From a virus (lineage: Duplodnaviria; Caudoviricetes), in the IMG/VR virus record IMGVR_UViG_3300029822_000009, positions 1 to 63,414 of that record: a stretch of DNA of 63,414 nt, one strand, 5' to 3'. A program made the translations under genes and the position numbers. Shown piece after piece: positions 48,260-56,742 of this stretch. Numbering within the stretch: the stretch's first letter is position 1; each line of letters opens with the position of its first letter. The notes under the pieces were generated by a model that was not told the origin of the DNA, made no database searches, and saw only the letters and a list, made by a program, of their open reading frames with translations.

Positions 48260-48880
48260 TTATTTTTTTTTATCTTTATATGATTCTATTTCATCATTTA
48301 GTTTATCTAAATCTACAATGTGATAATCATCTTCATCACTAAATATTTCTTGTTCAATATTAGTATCACCAGTATTTATACTTGATAATTCTTCTCTTAT
48401 ATCTTTATAAAAATCTTTCATCTTTTTTTGTATATCATAAAGCATTTTAATAGAATCACGTATTTCTTTTTGAAATGTTCCTACTGCTTGATACATGTCA
48501 GGATCATTTATACCCATATCTAATTGTTTCATTAGATTTATTAATCCTCTTTTTGAACAAAATAATGAAAATTTTAAATCAGCTAAGGCAAGTGCATCAT
48601 TTTTAACAATATTACTAATATTTCTTTTTTCTAATTCTTCAGCATTTAAATATAAACTAGATAAACAACTTAATGTTTCTTCACAATCTGATTGTATAGA
48701 ATCTATTTCTTCTTGATAATTAAATACTTCTATATCATTAAGACCAGGTAAAAGATCATCATTAGGAAATAAATCATTAGGATTTAAATCTAATTGTTCA
48801 TTCAATCCCTTCATTTCTCCTTCTAATGATGATATATTATTTCTTAATTGATTTATTTTCATTGGATTCTTTTTTGCCAT
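48260..48880 (-). CDS. Possible terminase small subunit (T4 gp16-like)
   Basis: DPDMYQAVGTFQKEIRDSIKMLYDIQKKMKD resembles the gp16 PRHMEVF...LHKDMKD helix. Confidence 0.4.
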   Translation of the reverse strand: MAKKNPMKINQLRNNISSLEGEMKGLNEQLDLNPNDLFPNDDLLPGLNDIEVFNYQEEIDSIQSDCEETLSCLSSLYLNAEELEKRNISNIVKNDALALADLKFSLFCSKRGLINLMKQLDMGINDPDMYQAVGTFQKEIRDSIKMLYDIQKKMKDFYKDIREELSSINTGDTNIEQEIFSDEDDYHIVDLDKLNDEIESYKDKKK

Positions 48881-48963
48881 ATAATATTAATTTTTATTTT
48901 ATATATTAAAATATGATGAACTTATATTTATTTATATATATTTTAAATTAATAATTATTAATA

Positions 48964-49539
48964 ATGATATTAGATTTAATATTTGAACAAATTAATTTTA
49001 TAAATGGGTTAATTATAGATTTAAATGATATACCTGATAATGATTATTCTAAGTATATACAATCGTTATGTTATAATAAAATATTTAATATTAATGATGT
49101 ATCTGTTGTTTTAGATAACGATGAAAAAATAATAAATATTATAACTGACAATGGTGTAAATCATATTGATTTTAAATTTTTTAATAATAGTACAAAATTA
49201 TTTAATATATCTAATATTATATCAATTGATAAAATAAGAAAATTACTTTTTAATAATACAAATAATATTATTTATGTTATAATAAAATATACAATAGATA
49301 ATAATAAAATAAAAATTGATAATATAGATGTTAAAAAAATTGAAAATTTTAATTGGGATAATCTAACTATACAAAATTTAGGGAAGGGTCAATTACAATT
49401 TAAAAATACATCTATTACTAATATATATGATAATAATATCAACAGGCAAGATTGGTTAAATAGATTAAAAAATGAATCTATATCATATTACGATAAAATG
49501 ATATTAAGAATAACAGAGTATAAAATGGAGTGGGAATAA
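48964..49539 (+). CDS. Hypothetical protein, weakly restriction-endonuclease-like
   Basis: HIDFK, NIIS, LTIQNLGKGQLQ. Confidence 0.4.
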   Translation: MILDLIFEQINFINGLIIDLNDIPDNDYSKYIQSLCYNKIFNINDVSVVLDNDEKIINIITDNGVNHIDFKFFNNSTKLFNISNIISIDKIRKLLFNNTNNIIYVIIKYTIDNNKIKIDNIDVKKIENFNWDNLTIQNLGKGQLQFKNTSITNIYDNNINRQDWLNRLKNESISYYDKMILRITEYKMEWE

Positions 49540-49592
49540 TTATTTAGTTATTTAATTTTAAACATTAATTTATAATTTGAATATAATTTATT

Positions 49593-50435
49593 ATGAATAT
49601 ATGGATAACTAAAAATATAAGATTTGGGTATAAATACACTCTTAATAAATCATCAAGAGAAGAAATATTAAAATCTACCAATTGGTTAACTAGTTTATTA
49701 AAAAATAAAGCCAATAATGATGATATTTTTATATTATCTGGTGGGTTATTTTCAAATACTAACCCATCAGTAGTAGCTATAAATGATGCTCATAATTTTT
49801 TATTAGAACTAAAAAGCATCTGCAACGTGTATTTAATAAATAGTAGTAGAGATAATAGACTATTTGACGGTAACTATTTTTCAACATTAAATATATTTAA
49901 TTATGTAAATATTATAAATGACACAACAGATATATCAAATATTACAATAATACCGTTTAATAAAACTTATAATAATGGCATATCATTAGATGTAGAATTA
50001 GGAATGTTTAATGATGATAAAATACCAAATTTAATGCAACTAGAAGAAAATGATGGTGATCAAGGAGTTATCGTTTATAATGATATTAAACAAAAACATA
50101 TTTTTTTAGAAAATAAAAAATCACCTAAACACGAAACAATCACAATAAACAACATTAAAGAACTTAAAGAATTAAGTGATAATATCCCAAATAATCATAT
50201 TCATATAGTTATTGATAAATCATTAATCGATAATTATAAAACACAAACCGATATATTACTATTTAAAATTAATCCAGTTAGTATAAAATATACTGATGAT
50301 AAATATGATGAAATTGTAAATGATGTTAATATCAATTCAATTGATGTTGATGATGCTATAATATCACACATCGGAGATAATGATCAATTATTAAATCAAT
50401 TTAATAGGATTAAATTAATTTTAGATAATAAATAA
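49593..50435 (+). CDS. Degenerate Mre11/SbcD (gp47)-like protein
   Basis: IWITKNIRFG, ILSGGLF, LINSSRD align with DxH/GD/GNHD but lack the ligands. Confidence 0.5.
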   Translation: MNIWITKNIRFGYKYTLNKSSREEILKSTNWLTSLLKNKANNDDIFILSGGLFSNTNPSVVAINDAHNFLLELKSICNVYLINSSRDNRLFDGNYFSTLNIFNYVNIINDTTDISNITIIPFNKTYNNGISLDVELGMFNDDKIPNLMQLEENDGDQGVIVYNDIKQKHIFLENKKSPKHETITINNIKELKELSDNIPNNHIHIVIDKSLIDNYKTQTDILLFKINPVSIKYTDDKYDEIVNDVNINSIDVDDAIISHIGDNDQLLNQFNRIKLILDNK

Positions 50436-51005
50436 TTATTTAGCAAAAATTTCTAACCACATAGACTCATTACCATATAATTTACCTTCTTTAATATTAA
50501 ATTGTTTTATATTAAAATATTTAGATATTATATTTTTCCATTTATCAGGTGTTAATATAACTTTGTTATGTTTAAAAGTTACATCTTGTTCTATTTTAAC
50601 AGTTATTAACAAACTATTACCTATTCTATTTAATTCACCGAATATATAATCTAATTGTTCCTCATTAAAATAATGCAATCCTAACCTACTATAAATTAAA
50701 TCAAATTCTTTACTATCAAAAGGGAATTCTTTTCTTGTATCATGTTTTATACAATTTAATCCTTTATTAATAGCATTATCAACATAATTATCATCTAATT
50801 CTGTACATATAACATTATATCCAATTTTTTGAAGATATAATGAATCTTCTGCGTTACCACATGATATTTCAAGTATTTTTGATCCTTTTTCAAAATTGCC
50901 TTCTATTATCTTCATTAATTCATAATCTATATTATCCTTTAAATCTAATAAAGGAGAATTAACTATTTGTTCATTAATATATTCATTATATCTTTTAATC
51001 TTCAT
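50436..51005 (-). CDS. Class I SAM-dependent methyltransferase with MKIKRYNEYINE leader
   Basis: KILEISCGNAED, FDLIYSRLGLHYF. Confidence 0.8.
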   Translation of the reverse strand: MKIKRYNEYINEQIVNSPLLDLKDNIDYELMKIIEGNFEKGSKILEISCGNAEDSLYLQKIGYNVICTELDDNYVDNAINKGLNCIKHDTRKEFPFDSKEFDLIYSRLGLHYFNEEQLDYIFGELNRIGNSLLITVKIEQDVTFKHNKVILTPDKWKNIISKYFNIKQFNIKEGKLYGNESMWLEIFAK

Positions 51006-51112
51006 AATAGTATGTTTTTTATTTATATATTAATAATAAAAAATAGTTATATTGATTGACAAAAATTCAGTTTATTTTTATTTTTTATGACATTTTTTCT
51101 TAAAATTTCTAA

Positions 51113-51127
51113 TGGCATATCATTTGA
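51113..51127 (+). promoter_or_regulatory. Sigma54-like -24/-12 element upstream of hsp20
   Basis: TGGCATATCATTTGA; TGACA motifs upstream. Confidence 0.5.
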
Positions 51128-51175
51128 CAATATGATATTAGAATTTATTAAATCACAAAAAATAATTTTAAAGCT

Positions 51176-51610
51176 ATGTTAATGATAAGAAACAAACAAG
51201 GATTACCAACAATGGAGAGTTTTGTAAACGACTTTTTTGGTTTACCATCACTACTAAATGAAAAGTTTGTAAATAGGAACTTTGTAGGTGATGTGAATGT
51301 TGCTGAAAACGAAGACAGTTATGAATTGTCGGTTGCTCTACCTGGATACAAAAAAGATGATGTATCTATTGAAATTGAAGATGATGTTCTTGTAATTAAG
51401 AGTGATGTTGAAAACAAAACTGAAGATGAAGGAAAAAATTATGTAAGAAAAGAGTATTACAAGAGATCATTTGAAAGAAGATTCGTTTTATCAGATGATA
51501 TCGATATTAATAAAATTGATGCTAAAATGGAAGATGGTATTTTAAATATTATTATTGATAAGATTAAAGAACTTAAAACGGAAAGTGTCAAAAAAATTGA
51601 TATTAAATAA
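51176..51610 (+). CDS. Small heat-shock protein Hsp20
   Basis: VNVAENE, LPGYKKDDV, SFERRFVL, IDAKMEDGILNI, KKIDI. Confidence 0.92.
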   Translation: MLMIRNKQGLPTMESFVNDFFGLPSLLNEKFVNRNFVGDVNVAENEDSYELSVALPGYKKDDVSIEIEDDVLVIKSDVENKTEDEGKNYVRKEYYKRSFERRFVLSDDIDINKIDAKMEDGILNIIIDKIKELKTESVKKIDIK

Positions 51611-51633
51611 AAAGTGGGAATTTTCCCACTTTT
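51609..51633. terminator. Rho-independent terminator
   Basis: aaaaagtgggaattttcccactttt. Confidence 0.7.
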
Positions 51634-51681
51634 ATTTTTTACATGTATAATTTTTATATATAGTAAAAAATAAAATACAAT

Positions 51682-52407
51682 ATGAAATATTTAATGACAT
51701 TTGAAAGTTATTCAATTTTAGGATCAACTGAATTGATTAAAATATCTAATGATAAAGGAAAAACAATTGAAGTAAATGCTAGAATAGATACAGGATCAAA
51801 ATCGTCTAAAATATCAGCAGATATAGCAAAGAAATTAAAATTACCAGTAGTTAAACAAAAGAAAGTTTGGGGACCACTAGGTGATGAAGACAGAGTATTT
51901 GTTGAATGTCAAATGAATATTAATGGGATTGAAATAAAAACTGAAGTAGGTATAGCTAATATGTCAGATATGTCATATGAAGTTATGATTGGTAGAAAAG
52001 ATATAGAAATGGTTGATGGTATCGTAGATATTAAGAAAGGTAAAGATAATACAGTTGATATTGAAGATGTTCCAGTTGAACAAGAACAACCTGTTAATAT
52101 TATAATGACTAAAAAAGATTTAGATATTATTGGTAAAAATAGTAATGTGAATGTAATAGAAAGACTTAATCCACTACCTGATGATTTAGATAAACAAATA
52201 GATAAATTATATCATAAATCATTAAAAGATGATTATTGGAAAGGAATTGATAAAAAATTTCCAAATTATAACTCACCAAATACAGAAGATAATAAAAATG
52301 CTGTTAATTTTATATTAGGTAAAATGGTAGCTAAATATATTAATGATATTGATTGGGATAAAGTGGGTGATAAAATGTATAATAAAATAAAAGATGCTTT
52401 AACATAA
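51682..52407 (+). CDS. RimK-associated/retropepsin-like aspartic protease with MKYLMTFES leader
   Basis: ARIDTGS, R..V, MIGRKD. Confidence 0.75.
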   Translation: MKYLMTFESYSILGSTELIKISNDKGKTIEVNARIDTGSKSSKISADIAKKLKLPVVKQKKVWGPLGDEDRVFVECQMNINGIEIKTEVGIANMSDMSYEVMIGRKDIEMVDGIVDIKKGKDNTVDIEDVPVEQEQPVNIIMTKKDLDIIGKNSNVNVIERLNPLPDDLDKQIDKLYHKSLKDDYWKGIDKKFPNYNSPNTEDNKNAVNFILGKMVAKYINDIDWDKVGDKMYNKIKDALT

Positions 52408-52748
52408 TGAAACCAAAAATTAAAAAAATGAATAAATTTATAAAATTTATAGTTTTTAATAATGTAATTGCTATAACGTTAGCACCTTTTGCCATATATG
52501 TAAGAGATGATAAAATAATGAATAATGAAAAAACAATTAATCATGAGAAGATACACTGGAAACAACAGATAGAAATGTTAATATTACCTTTTTATATTTG
52601 GTATTTAATTGAATTTATAATAAGATTATTTATTAATGGTAATAGTGCATATAAAAAATTATTATTTGAACAGGAAGCATATAATAATGATAAAAATTAT
52701 AACTATTTGAATAATAGAAAAATGTATAGTTGGTTAAAATATTTTTAA
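52407..52748 (+). CDS. HExxH membrane protein
   Basis: INHEKIH..QQ.E...PFYIWY, FEQEAY. Confidence 0.7.
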   Translation: MKPKIKKMNKFIKFIVFNNVIAITLAPFAIYVRDDKIMNNEKTINHEKIHWKQQIEMLILPFYIWYLIEFIIRLFINGNSAYKKLLFEQEAYNNDKNYNYLNNRKMYSWLKYF

Positions 52749-52788
52749 AAAACATGCAGAATTATGATATTATATTTATCTTTTTTTA

Positions 52789-52796
52789 TATCTTTG
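52789..52796 (+). promoter_or_regulatory. Bacteroidota sigma-A -7 element TAnnTTTG (representative copy)
   Basis: TATCTTTG 22 nt before nadE; also 46189 (+) and 11258, 15432, 22559, 61468 (-), each shortly before a start codon. Confidence 0.6.
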
Positions 52797-52817
52797 TATT
52801 GAACTAAAACTTTTATT

Positions 52818-53678
52818 ATGTACTTTTTTAATAATTATAATGATATTCTTAGTATTATACGCGATAGTATTAGGAATTATTTATCTAATAATCAGTTAAA
52901 ATCTGTTGTATTAGGTATGTCTGGTGGTATAGATAGTGCATTAGTTGCTTCTATTGTTAAACCAGTTTGTGATGAACTAAATATCCCTCTTATTGGTAGA
53001 TCTATTACAATTGAATCTAATAAAGGAGATGAAATTGATCGTTCAATTAAAACAGGACTTGCTTTTTGTAAAGATTTTGATCATATTGATTTATCAATAG
53101 GATATCGACTAGTTATTTATGATATCAATAGAAATAATTTTAAATACGACAGTGATAATTTTTCTTCTAAAATTAGAAACGGTAATGTTAAGGCTAGACT
53201 AAGAATGTTAACACTTTATAACTTAGCTAGTTTAACTGGTGGTATTGTAATGGGTACAGAGAATCTTACAGAACACTATTTAGGTTTTTTTACTATAGGT
53301 GGTGATGAAGTTTCTGATTTTGAACCAATAAAATATCTTTGGAAAACAGAAGTTTATAATTTGGCAGAATGGATGGTAAATAATGATTTAAAAACTAATA
53401 TCGAAAAAGAAGCATTACAAGAATGTATTGATGCTAATGCTACTGATGGTTTGGGTATATCTAATACAGATTTAGATCAGATATTACCAGATTGGAGAGA
53501 TAGACATTCTAATACTAGAAGTGGATATAAAGAAGTTGATGAAATTTTTATCAAATTATTCACATCAGATGATAATACATTTAAAGAATTAAAAAATCAT
53601 CCAGTTATACAAAGATATTTAAGAAGTGATTTTAAAAGAAAAAGACCAATTTGTATAGAAAGAGAAAAATTCAAATAA
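52818..53678 (+). CDS. nadE: NH3-dependent NAD+ synthetase
   Basis: VLGMSGGIDS, NVKARLRM, GTEN.TE...GFFTIGGD, WKTEVY. Confidence 0.88.
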   Translation: MYFFNNYNDILSIIRDSIRNYLSNNQLKSVVLGMSGGIDSALVASIVKPVCDELNIPLIGRSITIESNKGDEIDRSIKTGLAFCKDFDHIDLSIGYRLVIYDINRNNFKYDSDNFSSKIRNGNVKARLRMLTLYNLASLTGGIVMGTENLTEHYLGFFTIGGDEVSDFEPIKYLWKTEVYNLAEWMVNNDLKTNIEKEALQECIDANATDGLGISNTDLDQILPDWRDRHSNTRSGYKEVDEIFIKLFTSDDNTFKELKNHPVIQRYLRSDFKRKRPICIEREKFK

Positions 53679-53714
53679 TCATATTTATATATAATAAAAA
53701 ATAATTTATTATAT

Positions 53715-54209
53715 ATGATTCTAAGAAAAGAAAATTTAAAATCTGGTGATGTATTACATTGCACATCAAATGGTTGGTTAGGAAAAATAATTAAAAAATT
53801 TACAAAGAGTAAGATCAACCATACCGCTTTGGTTATTGAGGTATGGGGAGAAATATTTATAGTTGATTCTCAAAAAGATGGAACAAATTTAAGATCATTA
53901 GATAATTGGAATAAGATGTTTAATTATGAATATAAAATATCTAGACCGTATGATTTTAGTGTTGATTTAAGAAACAGAGTAGTAAGTAAAATTGGAGCAA
54001 CACCATATGATTTTATATCATTAATATTATGGCAACCTATTTATATTTTAACTGGTAAATGGCATGGACACACAAGAAAAGATGCAGAAGATAAAATGTA
54101 CTGTTCTGAATTTGTATCATGGGTTTATTCATTAAATAATTGGTGGGAAAATAGTCCTCAAATGGTATACGAAGAATTATTAAATGATGATAGATTTAAA
54201 CTTATTTAA
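53715..54209 (+). CDS. Permuted papain-like (NlpC/P60) amidase
   Basis: LKSGDVL, NHTAL, GATPYD, YCSEFV. Confidence 0.75.
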   Translation: MILRKENLKSGDVLHCTSNGWLGKIIKKFTKSKINHTALVIEVWGEIFIVDSQKDGTNLRSLDNWNKMFNYEYKISRPYDFSVDLRNRVVSKIGATPYDFISLILWQPIYILTGKWHGHTRKDAEDKMYCSEFVSWVYSLNNWWENSPQMVYEELLNDDRFKLI

Positions 54210-54225
54210 AATTTTTAATATATAA

Positions 54226-54420
54226 ATTTAGCCGTGGTATCATGTGATTTCACGGACCATCCGAATCGTTAGATTTGGATGTCTAAGTGAAGGTGAAAAC
54301 CCTTCCACCATTAATCAAAAATTGCTGAAACTATTAATGGTATCTAGTTTAAGGAGAAGTATGAATAAGAGATAGCTTCATAATATTCTAAATAGACTTC
54401 TCCTTATTCAAGGATAAACT
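54226..54420 (+). ncRNA. Candidate structured ncRNA of unknown family
   Basis: Five stems in a relatively GC-rich intergenic stretch starting just after TTAATATATA. Confidence 0.55.
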
Positions 54421-54503
54421 TTTTAATTAATTAATCATATAAAATAATAAATACTGAAATTATTTAGATATTGTAAAATCATAAATCATTTAAAATTAAT
54501 AAC

Positions 54504-54728
54504 ATGAAAAAATTTATCATTAGATATTTACTATATTTTTATTCTACATATATTGTAGAAGAATGGGATATATTTAAACCATTTGGTAAAATTATTATTT
54601 ACCCATTTTGGGTTGTTAGATCAATAATAATGTGGGTATTATCTCCATTATTTATATTTGAGTATTTAATTATAAACTCAAAATATTATAAAAATTTTCA
54701 AATTGAAGTTAATGAATTATTAAATTAA
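54504..54728 (+). CDS. Small membrane protein
   Basis: ORF track; hydrophobic. Confidence 0.55.
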   Translation: MKKFIIRYLLYFYSTYIVEEWDIFKPFGKIIIYPFWVVRSIIMWVLSPLFIFEYLIINSKYYKNFQIEVNELLN

Positions 54729-54957
54729 TTATCTATAAATTACAATAAAATGATAACTAAAATTGTTAAAATTAAAACAAATAAAGGTAAAAACTTTATG
54801 ATGTACAGATTAAATTTTTATTAAATTGGGTATCTTTTTTAAAGAAAAAAAATGGTAAACTTCCAAAACTTTTTAATACAAAAAAGAAAGCTAAAAAAAC
54901 GGAAAAAATTAATATCTTTTTATCTAAAAATTAAATTATAAAATAAATTATAAAATT

Positions 54958-55497
54958 ATGAATACAAAATGGTATGTAATTAGAACAGTTACAGGAAAAG
55001 AAAAAAAAGCAGTTGAACAATTAGAAGCTGAATTTAAAAATCCTGAATATGAAGGTAAAATAAAACAAATTCTAATACCAATGGAAAAAGTATATATGTC
55101 CAGAAAAGGAAAAAAATATACAACACAAAGGAATTATTATCCTGGTTATGTTCTTATTGAGGTTGATCCTAGTATAATTGGTGAAATTAAAAATCTTAAT
55201 AAAAGAGTTAATAATGTCATTGAATTTTTAGGAGGGGAAAAACCAATTGCATTAAGACCTGATGAAGTTAATAGAATCTTAGGTAAGATGGATGAATTAT
55301 CCATGGCTGATGAAAAAACATTAGATATATATCATATAGGAGAAAATGTAAAAATAATTGATGGTCCATTTGTAGGGTTTGTTGGTAGCATTGATGAGGT
55401 TAATAATGATAAAAAAAGAGTTAAATTAGGTGTTAATATTTTTGGTCGAAAAACTCCTATTGAATTAGAATTTAATCAAATAGATAAAAATGTATAA
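54958..55497 (+). CDS. nusG: Transcription termination/antitermination factor NusG
   Basis: WYVIRTVTGKE, YPGYVLIE, KOW VKIIDGPF.GF.G, IFGRKTPIELEF. Confidence 0.93.
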   Translation: MNTKWYVIRTVTGKEKKAVEQLEAEFKNPEYEGKIKQILIPMEKVYMSRKGKKYTTQRNYYPGYVLIEVDPSIIGEIKNLNKRVNNVIEFLGGEKPIALRPDEVNRILGKMDELSMADEKTLDIYHIGENVKIIDGPFVGFVGSIDEVNNDKKRVKLGVNIFGRKTPIELEFNQIDKNV

Positions 55498-55852
55498 TTT
55501 ATTTTTAGATGATTTAAGAACTCCATTGGGTGTATCTTTATATAGTAGTAATCCAATTTATAAGTATGAAAAATGGATTATTGTTAGAAATTATATTGAT
55601 TTTATTAATATTATTATGGAAAAAGGTTTACCAAATCTTATTAGTTTTGATCATGATTTATCAGATTTTTATAATATTGACGGGGAAAAAATTGAAAAAA
55701 CTGGATATGATTGTGCTAAATGGTTAGTTAATTATTGCATAGATAATAATTTAAATATACCAAAATATTTAGTCCATTCATGGAATAATGTAGGATCAAA
55801 AAACATAGTTAGTTATATAGAAAATTATAAAAAAATAAAAGAAAATGATTAA
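55490..55852 (+). CDS. Cyclic-phosphate-processing receiver-like domain protein
   Basis: LFLDDLR, ISFDHDL, TGYDCAKWL, VHSWN.VG. Confidence 0.8.
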   Translation: MYNLFLDDLRTPLGVSLYSSNPIYKYEKWIIVRNYIDFINIIMEKGLPNLISFDHDLSDFYNIDGEKIEKTGYDCAKWLVNYCIDNNLNIPKYLVHSWNNVGSKNIVSYIENYKKIKEND

Positions 55853-56138
55853 AAAAGTTGAAACTAAAAAAACCATTATTACAAATATAATATTATGTGA
55901 TGATTGTGGCATTGAAATAAAAAGAGATATGGCATGTAGTGTAGCTAGATGTGAAATATGTGGTAAAGATTTATGTGATAAATGTATTGGACATGAAGCA
56001 GATACTATTGGAGATTATAGGGAAGTTTATTGTAAAAAATGCTGGGATATTGGTGAGAAATATAGATATAAAATAAATGAATTAGAAAATTCAATAGATG
56101 ATTTATATTCTGAATGGCACGAGAATTGTTTAAAATAA
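55845..56138 (+). CDS. Small zinc-finger protein
   Basis: Several CxxC pairs. Confidence 0.6.
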   Translation: MIKKVETKKTIITNIILCDDCGIEIKRDMACSVARCEICGKDLCDKCIGHEADTIGDYREVYCKKCWDIGEKYRYKINELENSIDDLYSEWHENCLK

Positions 56139-56141
56139 CTT

Positions 56142-56172
56142 AAAAACAGATAAATTATTATCTGTTTTTTTT
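56142..56172. terminator. Rho-independent terminator
   Basis: aaaaacagataa...ttatctgttttttt. Confidence 0.65.
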
Positions 56173-56226
56173 ATAAAAAGACTTTATATTTTTTATATAT
56201 AATTATAAAAAATAATAATTAATAAT

Positions 56227-56475
56227 ATGAAATTATGGAAAAAATTAATGTCTTTTTTTAGTAAAAAAGAAACAAAAAATGAAAAAATAGAAATAATATC
56301 TGATGTTAGTTCAAAACCATTAACATTAAATGAAGAAAAATCTATTGATAAAAATGTTGATGTAAAAACAGCAACTCCTAAAAAAACAGCAACTCCTAAA
56401 AAAACAGCAACTCCTAAAAAAACAGCAACTCCTAAAAAAACAGCAACTCCTAAAAATTTAAAAAATAAAAAATAA
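56227..56475 (+). CDS. Basic histone-H1-like repeat protein
   Basis: (KTATPK)x5. Confidence 0.65.
   Translation: MKLWKKLMSFFSKKETKNEKIEIISDVSSKPLTLNEEKSIDKNVDVKTATPKKTATPKKTATPKKTATPKKTATPKNLKNKK
56365..56454 (+). repeat. Perfect 18-bp tandem repeat x5
   Basis: aaaacagcaactcctaaa. Confidence 0.95.
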
Positions 56476-56478
56476 ATT

Positions 56479-56715
56479 ATGAAGATTATTAATAAAACAA
56501 AAGATTTTTTAAAATTAAAGATATTACCTTGGTTAACTAAAAATTGGTTAGAAATAATAAATTTAATTGTGTTATTTATAATGTATTCAATTATATATGA
56601 AAAACCAAATATGGTATGGGCTGAAGTTATAGGTGGTCTATGGATATTTGTACTATTAGTGTATTATATATTCTTTAAATTATTCGGTTTTAAATTACCA
56701 AAGAAAAAATCCTAA
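56479..56715 (+). CDS. Two-TM membrane protein (holin-like)
   Basis: Two hydrophobic helices, basic C-terminus. Confidence 0.5.
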   Translation: MKIINKTKDFLKLKILPWLTKNWLEIINLIVLFIMYSIIYEKPNMVWAEVIGGLWIFVLLVYYIFFKLFGFKLPKKKS

Positions 56716-56733
56716 CAAAAGTTAGGATTTTTT
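56705..56733. terminator. Bidirectional terminator
   Basis: aaaaaatcctaac-aaaa-gttaggatttttt. Confidence 0.7.
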
Positions 56734-56742
56734 AATAATTTA

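Noticed and set aside
54286-54310. tRNA or tmRNA 3' end (T-arm-like hairpin followed by CCACCA)
   Set aside because: No matching 7-bp acceptor 5' strand or tag ORF found; kept only as part of the candidate ncRNA
54750-54935. Possible small ORF upstream of nusG
   Set aside because: Only a ~24-codon frame with early stops; may be a decayed gene but unsupported
51176-55497. Bacterial chromosome segment because of housekeeping genes
   Set aside because: Genes are isolated from their usual operons (no secE/rplK, grpE/dnaJ) and interspersed with phage genes and promoters
56365-56454. CRISPR-like or iteron repeat
   Set aside because: Contiguous spacer-less coding repeat
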